From NCBI GenBank assembly GCA_033442325.1, contig JAWQFM010000015.1, positions 382,590 through 446,589 on the forward strand: a stretch of DNA of 64,000 bases, in the 5' to 3' direction. Below the pieces are notes generated by a model. That model was not told the DNA's origin. It saw only the letters and a program-made list of their open reading frames with translations, and searched no databases. The stretch comes from Salpingoeca rosetta. Taxonomy: Eukaryota > Protista > Choanoflagellata. The translations under genes were made by a program, and so were the position numbers. Below, piece after piece: positions 46,198 to 64,000 of this stretch (position 1 is the stretch's first letter; the number at the start of each line of letters is the position of its first letter).

Positions 46198-47589
46198 CTG
46201 CAGCGACAATGTCCGAATCCCCCTCCACACACACACACACACACACATAAAAAAGACTTGACGGTCCACACACCTGGTTTGCGTCGTCGAGTTGCTGCTG
46301 TAGCTCCGCAATCTGCGCAGCAGCGGCAGCGGCAGCAGCGCCACCCTCATCCTCCTTCCAGCCGTGCTGATCAGACTTGCGCGCCTGTATGCGGGCTCCT
46401 TCATCGTGTGCTCCACGCGCACCACCGCCACCCCCTCCATCATCACCACCACCGTCGTCGCCATCGCTGCGCCACACGCGTATGAGCTCCGAGGCGTCTG
46501 GCTGCGCGCCACCAAGCTCCGCCGCGCGTGACGCAACCTCCTCCGCCACTTGCGTAATGGCGTTGGCAGACTGGATGAGTGTCTTTGGGTTGGAGCCAAA
46601 CTCGGTGATCTGCAGCAGCAGCCGCTCCACAGCCGTCGCTGTCGCTGGTGCTGCGTACCGCGCAGCCCTACGCATGGCAGCAACAAGGTCGGCGTCCATG
46701 TGCTGGGCGAGCGACACGGGGGGATCGCCTTTGCTGACGGAGAGCTCTGTGATGCGGCGGCGCAGCGCCGTCACTTCCTGCTGCTTCTGGTTGATGATGT
46801 CGTCCGCACGCTCGCGCATGGTGTTAAGCTCGTGCTCAAGCTGCTGCACCTGCTGGTGCGGGAGGGTGCCGTCTGGTTGCCGTGTCACGTCTCTGATGGC
46901 GTCTCGCTCAGCATCGGCAAAGCTCTCCTCGCCATCGTCAATCACCTCCGTGCGGCGTCGGCTCACCTCGAACCGCCGCTTAAAGCCAGCATCTGGTGAC
47001 GCGTGTTTCTGTTGTTGTTGTTGGCGTCCTTGTTGTTCTCGTTGTTCGTGTTGTTGCTGTTGCTGTTCTTGTTGCTGGTGCAATTGCTGTTGGAGGATCT
47101 GCTGCAGCTGCCGGTGCTCTTGGGCATACTTCTTCGGCTCCAGCAGCTGCATCAAGAGCTGTTGTTGCTCCTCTGTGAGCTCGGGCCGCGCAGGCATGTG
47201 GTCCACGCCCTGCAGTTGTTTCAGGACCTGGAGTTCGTAGGCGGCAATCTGCACATCGTCGTTAGCACGGTCGCGATCACGCGACAGCTCAAGCACCTGC
47301 GTCTGCAAGCGCTCCACATGCAACGAGAGAGCGCGTTTCTCGTCCAGGAACCGCCGTATCATAGCTTGCACCCCCTGTCGTGTTGTGTTGTGTGTTGTGT
47401 GTTGTGTGTGGGGGGGGGCACAGCGGACACGTATGTGTGTGAGTGTGGGTTCTGGACGGTGTGCCTGTGGTCATGCACACACGCACGCACACGCACGCAC
47501 AGGAATGAAATGCATAATGGATACGCGATAAAGCATGTCCATACCTCGGGCTGTTGCTTCTCCGAGTGCTGCTTCTCGTAAGAAGACAT
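40224..47589 (-). CDS. Large multi-exon coiled-coil protein of unknown family
   Basis: [15 protein letters not shown]|[16 protein letters not shown]... Large E/Q/R/L heptad exons at about 46274-47374 and 42707-45106, poly-Q tracts, and a last exon ending SPRHRHSRR*. Confidence 0.8.
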
Positions 47590-47755
47590 GGCTGTCGTTG
47601 TTGTTGTTGGAACCGCACCGTGACCAACAACGCTGTCCTGCGGCAGATGAAAGCTGACACGCGCGTTTCCACTTCCAAATCTGGTCCACCAAACAAGCGC
47701 GCGCAGGTCAAGATGTCAGCACGCGCTCAGGGTCAGCTAGGAGGCGAGCAAGTGT

Positions 47756-47819
<64 letters not shown>

Positions 47820-48176
47820 GTGTGCTGATGCTGGTGCTGTTGATACTGATGACGTTCAATGGCATGGTGAAATGCACAAGGAGCGGACCTGGCAATCGCT
47901 CGCGTACTTGTTACGATGGTTGGCCTGTTCTCGCACGGCCCAGATCCAACCACCCCCACCCACACTGTCAACGCAAGACCCTTCGATGCGACACGCGAGC
48001 AGTGAGCAGGACGCAGGACGTGGTTGGCAGCAGGCAAGCGAGTGTGCAGTTAGTTGGTTGGCGGTTGTGCGGCCGAAATTTGAAGGCAGGTGGGGAAAGG
48101 TGATGGAAAATTCAGCAAATCCTCCGCAACAGTTGTGTTGTGCTTGTTGTTGTGTACTTGTGTGTGTGTGCTTGTC

Positions 48177-48213
<37 letters not shown>

Positions 48214-48490
48214 GCCCCCAGCGTCCCCTCAATCCTCTTACCAAGGCTAGAGTTTGCAACAACAGACCTTTTAACGCCACTCACGTGTCCACTCCTCTGA
48301 TATGCAATGAAACACCCACCACGCACCAAACACACTCACACACAGAATGAAGGGAACAGGAAATCAACGGAAGCAAACACCTTTGCCTCCACTCAGAGTC
48401 AACGTCCACACAACATCCACAGCACGGCACATCCACTTCATCTCATATTTGGTTGTTGTGGTCACAGGTTTGCAAGAGCGCGAGCATCAG

Positions 48491-53248
<4,758 letters not shown>

Positions 53249-53648
53249 CGCACTGGCTGTGTGAAGTTGGTGGTGCAATTGGCGGAAAATGCGTGCACAC
53301 GAAAAACACACCCACACAAATCCACCCTGAACTCAGGGTTGTATACATCTCATGGTGTTCCTACCTGTGTTGTGAGGCGTGTTTTCCCCCCTTGGCTTGC
53401 TTTGCCGCGCCTTTCGTATCCAACCATTCGCTCGTCTCGGCTTTTGCTTGGTTTGACCGCAACAACAACAACATCACATCATCCCAGCTTTGTTGTGGTT
53501 GGCTGTTGTGGTTGGCTGTGTTGTTTGTTGTCTTCACGCACGCGTTCTTCGTGTGTGTGTGTGTGTGTGTGAAGGTGACTCTTTGTGCGTCGCACACGCT
53601 CTCTCCCTCTCTCTCCAGCACAAGTAGACGCAAAGCAGACGCGCAGGC

Positions 53649-54847
53649 ATGGACCGCCATCGCAGCCGCTCCGTGTCGTTCTTCCGCAATGGCTTCCTGA
53701 ACACCAGGCGCAGCTCCCTGCGCAACAAGCACTCGTCCTCGTCGTCCATCACAGAAGTGAACGAGAGCAGCTACGACACCCACGACGGCGACACCTTTGA
53801 CGGCGACAGCTCCAGGGCAACGCCAACGACGCCCTCAACCCCAAACGGCACGGCTGGGTCCGCCTCCTTGCCTGCTTCCGCTGTCAAGCAGCGCCCATCC
53901 TCCGCCAGCAACCTGTCGCGTCGCCGGTCTTCCTCCCTCTCCCGCGCACGCCTGCGCTCCGACAACAGCGATGACGGTGGTGGCCGCCGCGCCATGTCCA
54001 AGAACACGTCTGGCTCCAGCCTGCTCAACGAGGCCAGCACCACGCCGCTGCGCCGCTCCTCTTCCTTCCGCCAGCGCCGCACGTCCGTGGACCGCACGCC
54101 CACGTGGTCGGACCGCGTCGAGCGCCTCCACAACCCGCCCAAGCAGGAAAAACACCAGGGCGAGCAGGTGCGCCGCGCAGTTGCTTTGGTGTGTGTGTGT
54201 GTGTGCACTTGTTTGTGTGGGTGAACAAGGCTGCACGCGCTTGCTGCACGCACGTGTTGTGTGCGACGTGTTCCTGTCGTGTCATTGTTTTCCTCATGGA
54301 CTGTGCACTGCCATTTGCTCGAATCAGGTGACGATTGGAGACCGCGTCGTGGTGAATGGCACGTGGCCGGGCGTGCTTCGCTTCCTCGGCTCCGTCCAGT
54401 TTTCGCACGGCATCTGGGCAGGCATTGAACTCGACGAGCCAGGTGAGCCGCGTCGTGTTTGGATGTGCAAATGCAGGCAGGAGCACTTTCATGCGATGTA
54501 CTTGAACGTTCGGTCACGCTCTCGCTCGTGTTGTTGCAACAACACAAGTGCGCACACACTCTCACCAATTCAATCAACTGCTGCCTCTCGCCCACACTCA
54601 CTCCATCACACGTGCGTTCTCTTACTCGCCCTTTGCCCTGCAGTTGGGCAACACGATGGCAAGATGCAGGGCCGCCGGTACTTTGACTGCCCCCGCAACT
54701 GCGGTGTGTTTGTGAAGAAACATCAGATCACACGCGAGCTGCACGTAGAAGGGCAGGCCATCCCCGCATATGTGGAGAGCCTGCAGGAGCGACACAAGGA
54801 GACGGAGGACAAACTCAAGGCTACGGTGCGGTGCACATGTGTACTTT

Positions 54848-54880
<33 letters not shown>

Positions 54881-55135
54881 CTTTTTGTGTGTGTGTGTGT
54901 GTGTGTTTGCGTGTGTGTGTGTGTGTGTGTATGTTTGTGCATTCCAAGGCGCAGCTGTATCAGCTTGTGCATTGCCCCCTACAACAACGCTTACACACTT
55001 CCGTGCACCCGTGCTCCAACAGGAGAATGAGTTGGAGCAGACGAAGCTGATTCTGGCGAGCGTCAAGGACAGTTTTGTGCAGGAACTTGCCGCTGCACAG
55101 CGCACTGCCGAGGAAGCAAAGGTGGCAACACCGTG

Positions 55136-55229
<94 letters not shown>

Positions 55230-56953
55230 TTCTGCACTCCCATTCGGCTACATTATCGAGCTCTTCATCACATGTGCGCATTCTCCTCACCAATGCATAC
55301 CCACCCGTGTTCACATGTTTATGTGTGTGTGTGTTTTCAGGCGAAGATGCAGGAGATGGAGCAGCAAGTTACCGAAATGACGCGCGAATACAACGCGAAG
55401 GACGTCGAGGTGTCAAACTGCAAAAGGTACCACCGCCTTGCAGCCGTGTACGTGCATGTATACATGTGTGTATTTCTGTGTTGTTATCATTGTGCACTTG
55501 CTATCTTGCTTGGATGTCTCCTTGTTCTCGTTTCAACCCAATCCTGTGCGCGCCCCCCCCCCCCCTCTTCACGTTGTTCAACGCACACCACAATTCACAT
55601 CAACACCTCATCTGCTCCTCTTTCCTCCCCCTCCTCGTGTGCTTGGCAGCGAGATCTCGCGACTGCAAGCGGAGGCGGCGTCGGTTGTCGAGACGAACCA
55701 GCAGCAGACCCGCGACATCACCCGCTTGCAGGACGAGCTGCAGGCTGCGCGCACAGAGATGACCAAGCTCAAGGCATCACTGCAGGTGTGTGTAGATGTG
55801 TGTTGGGGATTTGCGATTTCATGAGGGTGTGGTGTCCTGTTCGGGCTGCACACATCCACACACACACACACGTTCACGCACACTCACTCACTCACTCACT
55901 CACTCACTCACTCACTTAATTACTCACTCACTCACTCACTCACTCACGCACTCACTCACGCACTCACTCACTCACTCACTCACTCACTCACTCACTCACT
56001 CACTCACTCACTCACTCACTCACACACACGCACTCACTCCTTCACTCACACACACGCACTCACTCCTTCACTCACTCACTCTCACCACCAGCGCAATGTG
56101 GATGAGGGCAAGAGCAGCGAGATGGCGTCACAACAGCGCATCAAGGATTTGGAGCGAAACGTTTCAGAATGGAAGGAGCGCAGCGAAAACACGCGCCTGG
56201 AGCTCCAATCCACCAAGCTGTCCTTGGAGCACACGGAGTACCGCGTGCAGCAGCTGGAGACGGAGAACAAGCAAGTCGTCGCACAGCTCACAGACGCACA
56301 GCAACAGCTTGACGATGCACGCAAGCACAACGAAGCAAACTCCCAGCAGCAGCAGCAACAGCGGCAGCACCAGTCGACGGCCGAGCAGCTGAAGCGGGAG
56401 GCCGCAGAGGCAAAGGCAGCGGTGTCGCGCCTCGAGTCACGACTCGCAACCACGCTCACCATGAAGGACCAGCTCGAGGTGCGCGCGCATGTGTGTGTGT
56501 GTGTGTGTGTGTGCTTGGGAACACCTGCGAATCCATCTTCGCATGCGCTCGTACCATACCAAGCACACCATCTCACCGATATGTCTGTCGCCGCCACCAC
56601 CGCCACCACCGCCACGATCATGATGACAGGAGGAGCTGATGAAGTCATCCTTGCAAGTGAGCTCGTTGAAGAAACAGCTGCTCAGCAAAGATACCGACCT
56701 CGAGGAAACACACGCAAAGTGCAGTGCTCTCGAGGTACCACTCGCTTTGTTTGTTTGTTTGTTTTGTTGACTTCTTGACTTGCTCGTGCTGTGATTTGTC
56801 TTCGCTCTCGTATCTGAGCTCACCTGTTCCTTCGCACTCCCTCCTTCTTGTTCTTCGTAGCGCAAAGTGTCCCGGCTGGAATCTGAGGCCGCAGCAAACA
56901 CGGTACAGCCATGACACCTCTTACAGCTGTGGTGAAATGCACAACAACCGCTA

Positions 56954-57029
<76 letters not shown>

Positions 57030-58224
57030 AAGTACACACCCACGTCTGCTCTCAACCACTCCTCAACCACTCCCCCCCCCTTTACCACGGCAGGGCACGG
57101 ACGTTGCCTCATTTGAAAAGTTGACGTCGCTGACATCGGAACGCGACCGTCTGCGCCGGCAGCTTGTCGAGATGGAGACGGACAACGCGGACCTCAAGGG
57201 CCAGATGGCACGTGTCTCAAAACTCCTCCAGGTCAGCCTCGTGTCGAGCAATGTGTCATCATCAACAAACGCACCCCCCCCCCCACACACACACACATCA
57301 AAACATCAACACACGAACCTGCTGCTTGTCATCTCACTCACTCACTCACGCACACACACGCACACACTGTTTTGTTTTCTTCTCCCCACACACCGCTCCA
57401 TCCATCCTTGCCACAGGACGCCGGTGTGCAGAGTCCGTTTGAGGTTGGCGCGACCATCGCCGCCCTGCGTGAGAGGAGCAGCGAGCTGGAGAAGCAGCTG
57501 GAGAAATTGTCCGCCACGGCCTCGTCGTCGTCGTCACTGGCCGCTGCTGAGGATGTGCACACGGGCGAATTCACAGTCAAGGTGGGGCAACATCGCAGTG
57601 TAATTGTGTGTGTCTGTCTGTCTGTTTGCCTGTCTGTCTGTCTGTTTGCCTGCCTGTCTGTCTGTCTGTCTACTTGTGTGGGTGGTTGCTTGGTTATTGT
57701 GAATCACGGTCGTTTAAATGTTGTCCATTCGCAGTTGTCCTTTCAAACACACGCACACTCACATGTGCACACTGTGTCCGCCAACACCATCAGATCCAGG
57801 CGCTGGAGCAACACGTGCAGCTGCTGAAGAAACAGAATGAGGAGCTGCGACAGGCGCGCCACGATGCAACATCCAGCAACACGCGTGCACTCCAGGCTGC
57901 AAAGGCCGCAGCGAGCGACGCGCAAGAAAAGCTTCACGCCCTGCAGATGCAATACGACAGCGCCCAGCGTGAGCTTCGGGCTGCCATGGCAGAACGCGAT
58001 GCAACAGTTGCGGATATGAAGCGAACGCTCGAGAAGGAGCGCGCTGAACACAAACGCGCACTCGACGGCCATAAGGACAGTGGCGACGCAGCCAAGGTGT
58101 GGCTTACGTGCATATGTATGTGTGTATGTGTGAACATGTACTTGTGAATGTGTTTGTGTGTGTGTATGCCTCTGTGTGTGTGTGTGTGTTTGTGTGTGTG
58201 TATGCCTGTGTGTGTGTGTGTGTG

Positions 58225-58277
<53 letters not shown>

Positions 58278-59684
58278 GTGTGCGTGTGTGTGTGTGTGTA
58301 CAGCGTTGTTGTGCCTCGGCTTCCACAAGTGCTTGACCAGTGTTTTCCCATCCACCCATACACCCCCTCCCCCAAACTGACATTTCGCTCTCCCAACCCG
58401 ACCCATCACATCCCACCCCGTACTGCCCCTCCCTGCAACAGCTGCGCGTGCTTGAGGCGGAGGTGTCGTCGCTGCGCACCCAGCACGAAATGGCCAAGGC
58501 GAACCTCGACCGCGCCCACCGCGATCTTAAGACCGCACAGGAGGAGCACGCGCGTGCACTCGATGAGGAGCGCAAGAGAACGGCTGCAGTGCAATCACAA
58601 CTGGACGCCCTGCTTGCATCACGGGACGCCGATGGCAAACACAACAGCAGCAGCAGCAGCAGTGGCGACGGAGAAATGCGTGACGCGGAGGCGACGGCAA
58701 CAGCTGATGCCCTTCGCCTGGAGGTGCAGCATCTGCGCACAACTGCAGAGGAAACAGAGGCAAGACTGCAGGCGGACCTCACACGTGCACGTGCGGACGT
58801 TCAACAAGAGCGGGATGAGGTGTCACGCTTGACAGCTGAGGTGCAAACGCTGCAGACGAAACTGCAGCAGGCAGACGACGCGCGCACAGCCGCCGAGCAG
58901 CGCGAACGGGAGCACAACGCCAAGCTGGCCACCACCGCCACTGCCACTACAACAGCACCGACAGCAGCGCCGGCGACAAGTGCCGCTGATGAGGCGGAAC
59001 TGAAGCGCCTGCGTACAGAGCTGGACAGCGCAACACGTGCTGTTGAGAGCAGCAAGGCAGAGACAGCGCGGCTGCGGCTGCAAGTCGAGGCACTCACGCG
59101 CGACAAGGCGGCATGGGCCAGCAAGGAGGCGAGCCTGCAGGCAAAGGTGGGGCAGCTCGAGCAGAGCTCGTCACGCCTGCAACGCGACTTGCAAGCACGT
59201 GACGCCAGCGTGCGGGAGCTGGAGCAGCGTGTCAAGTCACTCACAGCACAGCTGCAACAGTCGCGCACAGCAGCAGCAGCAACAGCAACGGCAGCACGGC
59301 GAAGCAGCCTCTCTGCCACGACGTCATCTGACGTGGGCGCCCGCAGCGCTGCAGTGGCGGAGATGGAAACGGCGCTGGCGGCCATGAAGCGCGAGAAACT
59401 CTCGCTTGAGGAGAAGGTCGCCAAGCTGGAGAGCCAGGTATCATGTGTGTGTGTGTCTGTGTGTGTGTGTGTTCTGTTTGCTTGCATCTTTGGCTGCGAT
59501 TGAGCTTCATTGACTCCGCTTCTCACACCGACCCACACGCACACATGCACACACCCTCAAATGGTTACGCGAGCAGGTGAAGGAACAATCTGAGGACCTT
59601 GAGGATCTTGAGGAGATGCTGGCTGGGGAGCGGCAGGCGGCGGCGCGCCTGAAGCAGCAGCTCGCCGGCCAAACATCCGCGTGA
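53649..59684 (+). CDS. CAP-Gly domain + long coiled-coil protein (CLIP-170/p150Glued-like architecture)
   Basis: Ser/Arg-rich exon1, then CAP-Gly [32 protein letters not shown]|[22 protein letters not shown]. Many heptad exons follow, last exon [35 protein letters not shown]. Confidence 0.88.
55880..56082. repeat. (CACT)n tetranucleotide microsatellite in CAP-Gly gene intron
   Basis: Long, slightly imperfect CACT run ending close to the acceptor at 56091. Confidence 0.92.
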
Positions 59685-60157
59685 CGAGCAAACTTGGGAT
59701 GAAGTCACACAAGGCACTGTGTTGTGTTGTGTGTGTGTGTGTGTGCTTGCGAGGTTGTGACTGCTGTGAGCATTCATCAATATTCGTTGGCTGTTGGAGT
59801 GCACGTGTCTTTTGTGTCCATCGTCCATTGCGTCTTGCGTATTGCGTTTGCACTCGACATTGTGATGTTGTGCTTTTGGGTGCTGTGTGTGCTTCTTGAC
59901 CTGACCCTTCTGCTGCCTGTGTATGTGTGGGATATGGCTGGTTTGATTGATGCATTTTATGCCTGTATTGCCTGCTTGTGTATGTTAACATCTTCCCCTT
60001 CTCTGTGCCCCATAGATTAAATGACTCGCGTGGAAGCCATGTGCATGTACATAACAACAACAGCGTACGCTGTGCCAACTCCCGCTCTCGGTCCTGCTGG
60101 CTTGCTTGCTTCGGCGCTCGCTGTGGTTGTGTTGCCTGCAAGCAACGCACGTTGTTA

Positions 60158-60359
60158 TTATGCCTTGCGCCAGCGCCCCGCTCCTGCTACGCGACACGCC
60201 CCGTCCAACTCAGCCACCACGGCTTTCAGGGCATTGCGCAGAGAGGGAATGTCCACGTCAAACGAGTTGCACACCACCCAGTCCCGCCCGGCCACCTTCA
60301 CCTCCCGTCGACACGTGCTCGTGTCGCACTGCACATTGCGAGAGAGGGAGAGAGAGAGA

Positions 60360-60402
<43 letters not shown>

Positions 60403-63283
60403 GTTTGTGGGTGTCAAGTTGTAAGAACGCGAGCGCGGAACTGATTGTGGACAGAATACATTGGCAGTAGCTGGTGTGTTTATGGGTTTTCAGCCTATAC
60501 ACGAGAGGCAAACAACAATAAAAGTTACTCACACACATGCACACACACACACACACATGCACACACATACATACACGTGCACACACATACACGCGCGTAC
60601 AGCCGATCCAAAGCCCTGACCTCTTGTTTCAAACGCTGGCGCTCCTTTTCTGCGCATTCGAGTGTGGCGCCACATTCCATCGCCGCCATGGATGCCTTCC
60701 GTAACTGATTGTGCTGCGCGGTGTTTGCACGCTGGCGAATGCACCCAGATCTGCCAGCAATCGTGAGCGTGGGATGCGAAACGAAAGTAGGGTTTGTTCA
60801 AGGCGTGTGATTGCAGGCCAAGTTAATGCTGCGCAACATCAATCATCGCATGCTATTCACACCCCTATGTCACACACGCACACACACCACATACATCACA
60901 CACACGCACGAAAGAAACTATTGCTCACAGGTTTGAGGCGCCAAAGGCGAAGCGGTAGTGGATGTTGAAGTTGGCGGCAGCTTGGGCAAAGTGCGAATTG
61001 AAGATAACGGGCACAGCCTCCACAACAGCAGAGTTGGGGTGCATCCACGCCATGCCAAACACCTGCGAGCTGTGGCTGCTGATCACAAGCCCTGCGTCGC
61101 GGAACACAGCTGCCTGGTCGTACAGTGACGTGCTCTCGTTGGTGGTGGCGACAGTCGCAGCGATGCCCGTGATGGCCTTCGCCGTGGCTTGCACCGCGTC
61201 CATGTTGCTGAACCGTCGCAACTTGTGCCCGGTGCTGCGCTGGAGAATGACAACGCGCCGTGGTGGACACGCCCCGTCGGCCCATTTGTCTGTGTTTGCG
61301 AACATGAAGTCCACTGCGCGGCGGTGAAACATGCCTGCATGCACCTGCATGGCAGCAATGTAGGCGGGGGAAGCAGGAAAGGAGATTGGGTTACGCGTTC
61401 ATTATGATGCACGCTTATCTGTGAGCAATCTGCAACGTCCTTGCTAAGCATGTTGCACACACAAAATGGAAAGAAAACGCCAGGGAACATGCATACACAC
61501 GCACATGTACAGTGTACACACAAACACGCACACACATGCATACACACGCACACACACACACACACGCACGCACGCACGCACGCACGCACACGCACACGCA
61601 CACACACACACACACGCACGCACACGCACGCACACACCTTGTTGTGTCCAAACAGGTCGTATTCGGGGTGATACGCCACAAGGCTGTGGAAGAACCGCGG
61701 ACGATTGTCATCGATGTCAACGTTGTTGATGCGGTCATGACGAGACCCCTCATCGCCAGGGAACAGCGCAGTTTGTCGAAAGTCTGAACGCGCGCATTGT
61801 GCATGTGTGTGTGTGTGAAAAGTCGAACTGGAAGCAAGCAAGTAACCCTCATTTCGAGTTCAAGTTCAACCCACCCAACATCGTTTTGTCTCACCTAGTC
61901 CTGTTTGAAAGCGAGCATTGTGTGTGTCTTTGAACCACATGGCGTAGTACTTCTCTTGCCAGGCATTCAGGGAAGCGGCCTTGAAGAACGACACGTGCCC
62001 GAACGGTGGTAGTGTGGCTGGATTGGGATTGAAGCAGGTACAGGATATGAGAACACGTGTGAGAAGCGAGAAGAGGGTAAAGCAGACACGAGACAACGCG
62101 GCGACAGTGCATGACACACACACACACATACATGTGCATACTCACACACATACAAACACACACGCACATACAAACACACACGCACATACAAACACACACA
62201 CATACAAACACACACACACATACACATGCACACTCACACACGCACACACAAAACACACAAACAAACAAACACACACAAGCGCGCGCCATCCACCCCCCCC
62301 CCCCCTCCCTAATGTATACCTTTGTGTTGGTGGAGAAGCGTTGGTAGGGCGGAGAGTTGGATGGATTCGTGAAAGATGTGTGGTGGCTGCGACCAACGCT
62401 CCACGCCAAGGGTGGGCGCAAGCACCCCAAAGTCCTTTCCGTCGCACTTCGGAGACCACAGCTCCGCTGGAGTCGTAAACACGGGGACACGAAAGGCGTG
62501 AAAGCAGGAACAGAAGAGCTGTACCTTGGAGGATGGCACCAGCCGCTGCGCTGTCCACGCTGATGGATCGTAAGGCTGTTGCATCTTCGCAGACCGCACA
62601 GTAAAGCATGCCACGGCCAACTGCCTTGCGTCATCCAGCATTTCCTCGGGAACAACCAAGACGGTGCGGTATTGGTCCACCACTGCGTTCGTGAACACAC
62701 ACGCGCCATCACCCGACACCCACATCCCAGACGCAAACTGCGGTGCTGCTGTCGGAACCAGCTCTTCCTGCTCCAGCTGCTGCTCGCGGCGCTGTGTGCG
62801 GCCGGCTTCCTCCTCTGGTTCCTTCTCCTTCGCTTCCAGCAGCTGCTGTTTTGGAATGTCAGCTTGAGCACCGGTGCTTTTGGTCTGCGCAATGGGTGGC
62901 AGGACTTGCGTGAACCTGTCCCCAGTGCTTTCGGTGCTTGTTCCAGCCCGGTCGAGGAGGTGGCTGCCAAGTGTGGTGATTTGCTCGGCAAAGCGGGTGC
63001 CGGCATGCACGCACTGCTGGAGATGACGCAAGTACTTGGCCTTGCTCTTCCCTTTGTCCTTGCATGCCTTGACTGATGTCCGTCCCAGCACGTCGTCAAA
63101 CATGGGACGCTCAAACTGAACTCTCTGGTGCGTTGTGCCCAAAGAACCCGTGTTTCCGAGGACTCCAACAACGGCTCCAGGCCACGAAGCAGGCGTCATG
63201 TTTGTCAGCACCACCGTCACCAACAAAAGCTGAACCATCATCACACCACAGCGCTGCTGTCTCCTCCTGGCCATCTCCGCCAT
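60158..63283 (-). CDS. Glycosyltransferase family 61 (DUF563; EOGT/POMGNT2-like) with N-terminal signal anchor
   Basis: [26 protein letters not shown], a stem region, C.F.N, HIFHE, then VVILQR..RRFSN...[22 protein letters not shown]...M.PNSAVVE..P, the GT61 C-terminal pattern. Terminal exon [11 protein letters not shown]; 3' exon structure approximate. Confidence 0.75.
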
Positions 63284-63588
63284 GGCGCCTTCCTCCCGCA
63301 AGCAAAGGCGCCGCCCATCCAAAGTGCCGAGCACCTGCGAGGACAGAAGCGCGGACAGAAGACACGACAGAAGGAGGACAGAAGTCGAGCAAGGGATGAA
63401 GCAACAAAACAAACAGATGTAAACGGCCAAAGGTTCATTGTCTGCCTTGACAGTGCGAATGTTTGGTGAAAACATTCACAGATATTCCACAATCGCTGCG
63501 GAGCTGCGACGATGCTGGTGGAGACAGAGACGATCCGCTTGGCGGATGTGGGCGTGCATGTCATGGTGGTAGTGGCGTCACAGGTCAT

Positions 63589-64000
63589 CTACTTGTGGGC
63601 CAACACACAGCCTTTGCTGGGCGCCCTGACCATGGCCATGCCATCGCGGCTGGTGCGTTTGTGAAGTTGGGGGCGGGGCGGGGCGGGGGGACGTGAAGTG
63701 TGGTTGTTTTTCTTTGGTGTTGCCATGTGTTTGCATGTGTGTGTGTGTTTGCGCGTGTGCGTTTGCATTCACTGACTTGTGCACACATACATACAACCAA
63801 ACACACGCACACGCACACGCACACATACACACAAGCACACATACGCACACGCACACATACACACAAGCACACATACACACAAGCACACACACGCACACGC
63901 ACACATACGCACAAGCACACGCACGCACACGCACACACACGCATACAACTCGCTGACATGTTGGCTTCGCTTCGTCAATTGCACAGGACGCCACGCCGCT
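63589..64000 (-). CDS. Probable 3' end of a gene extending beyond the window
   Basis: Non-repetitive exon at the edge, GTATGC donor, TG-rich intron, CCAG acceptor. One in-frame join gives [18 protein letters not shown]|[19 protein letters not shown]. Frame unverified. Confidence 0.3.

Overview
Gene-dense, intron-rich eukaryotic DNA with GC-rich exons and introns/intergenic spacers full of (CA)n/(TG)n microsatellites. The style and gene content (cadherin with cytoplasmic SH2, flagellar CCDC40) point to a choanoflagellate, probably Salpingoeca rosetta (inference). Most ORFs in the track are microsatellite artefacts; I assembled exons by eye into about 13 genes. In order: hypothetical gene (-); intronless NudC-type CS protein with a Cdc37-like N-terminus (+); VWD-EGF-8 cadherin-TM-SH2 receptor (+); STAM (+); Elongin C (+); orphan protein (-); CCDC40 (-); signal peptide + ankyrin array + KDEL protein spanning a 100-N gap (+); ZRANB2 (-); large coiled-coil protein (-); DLAT, with an apparent +1 frameshift (-); CAP-Gly coiled-coil protein (+); GT61-family glycosyltransferase (-). 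A probable 3' gene fragment lies at the right edge. The best leads are (1) a 237-bp element present twice (1 mismatch) in two DLAT introns that folds like a box H/ACA RNA and whose identity stops exactly at an ACA box, (2) an apparently ER-luminal ankyrin-repeat protein, and (3) a Cdc37-motif/NudC chimeric co-chaperone. No CRISPR, tRNA, rRNA or transposase was recognised.
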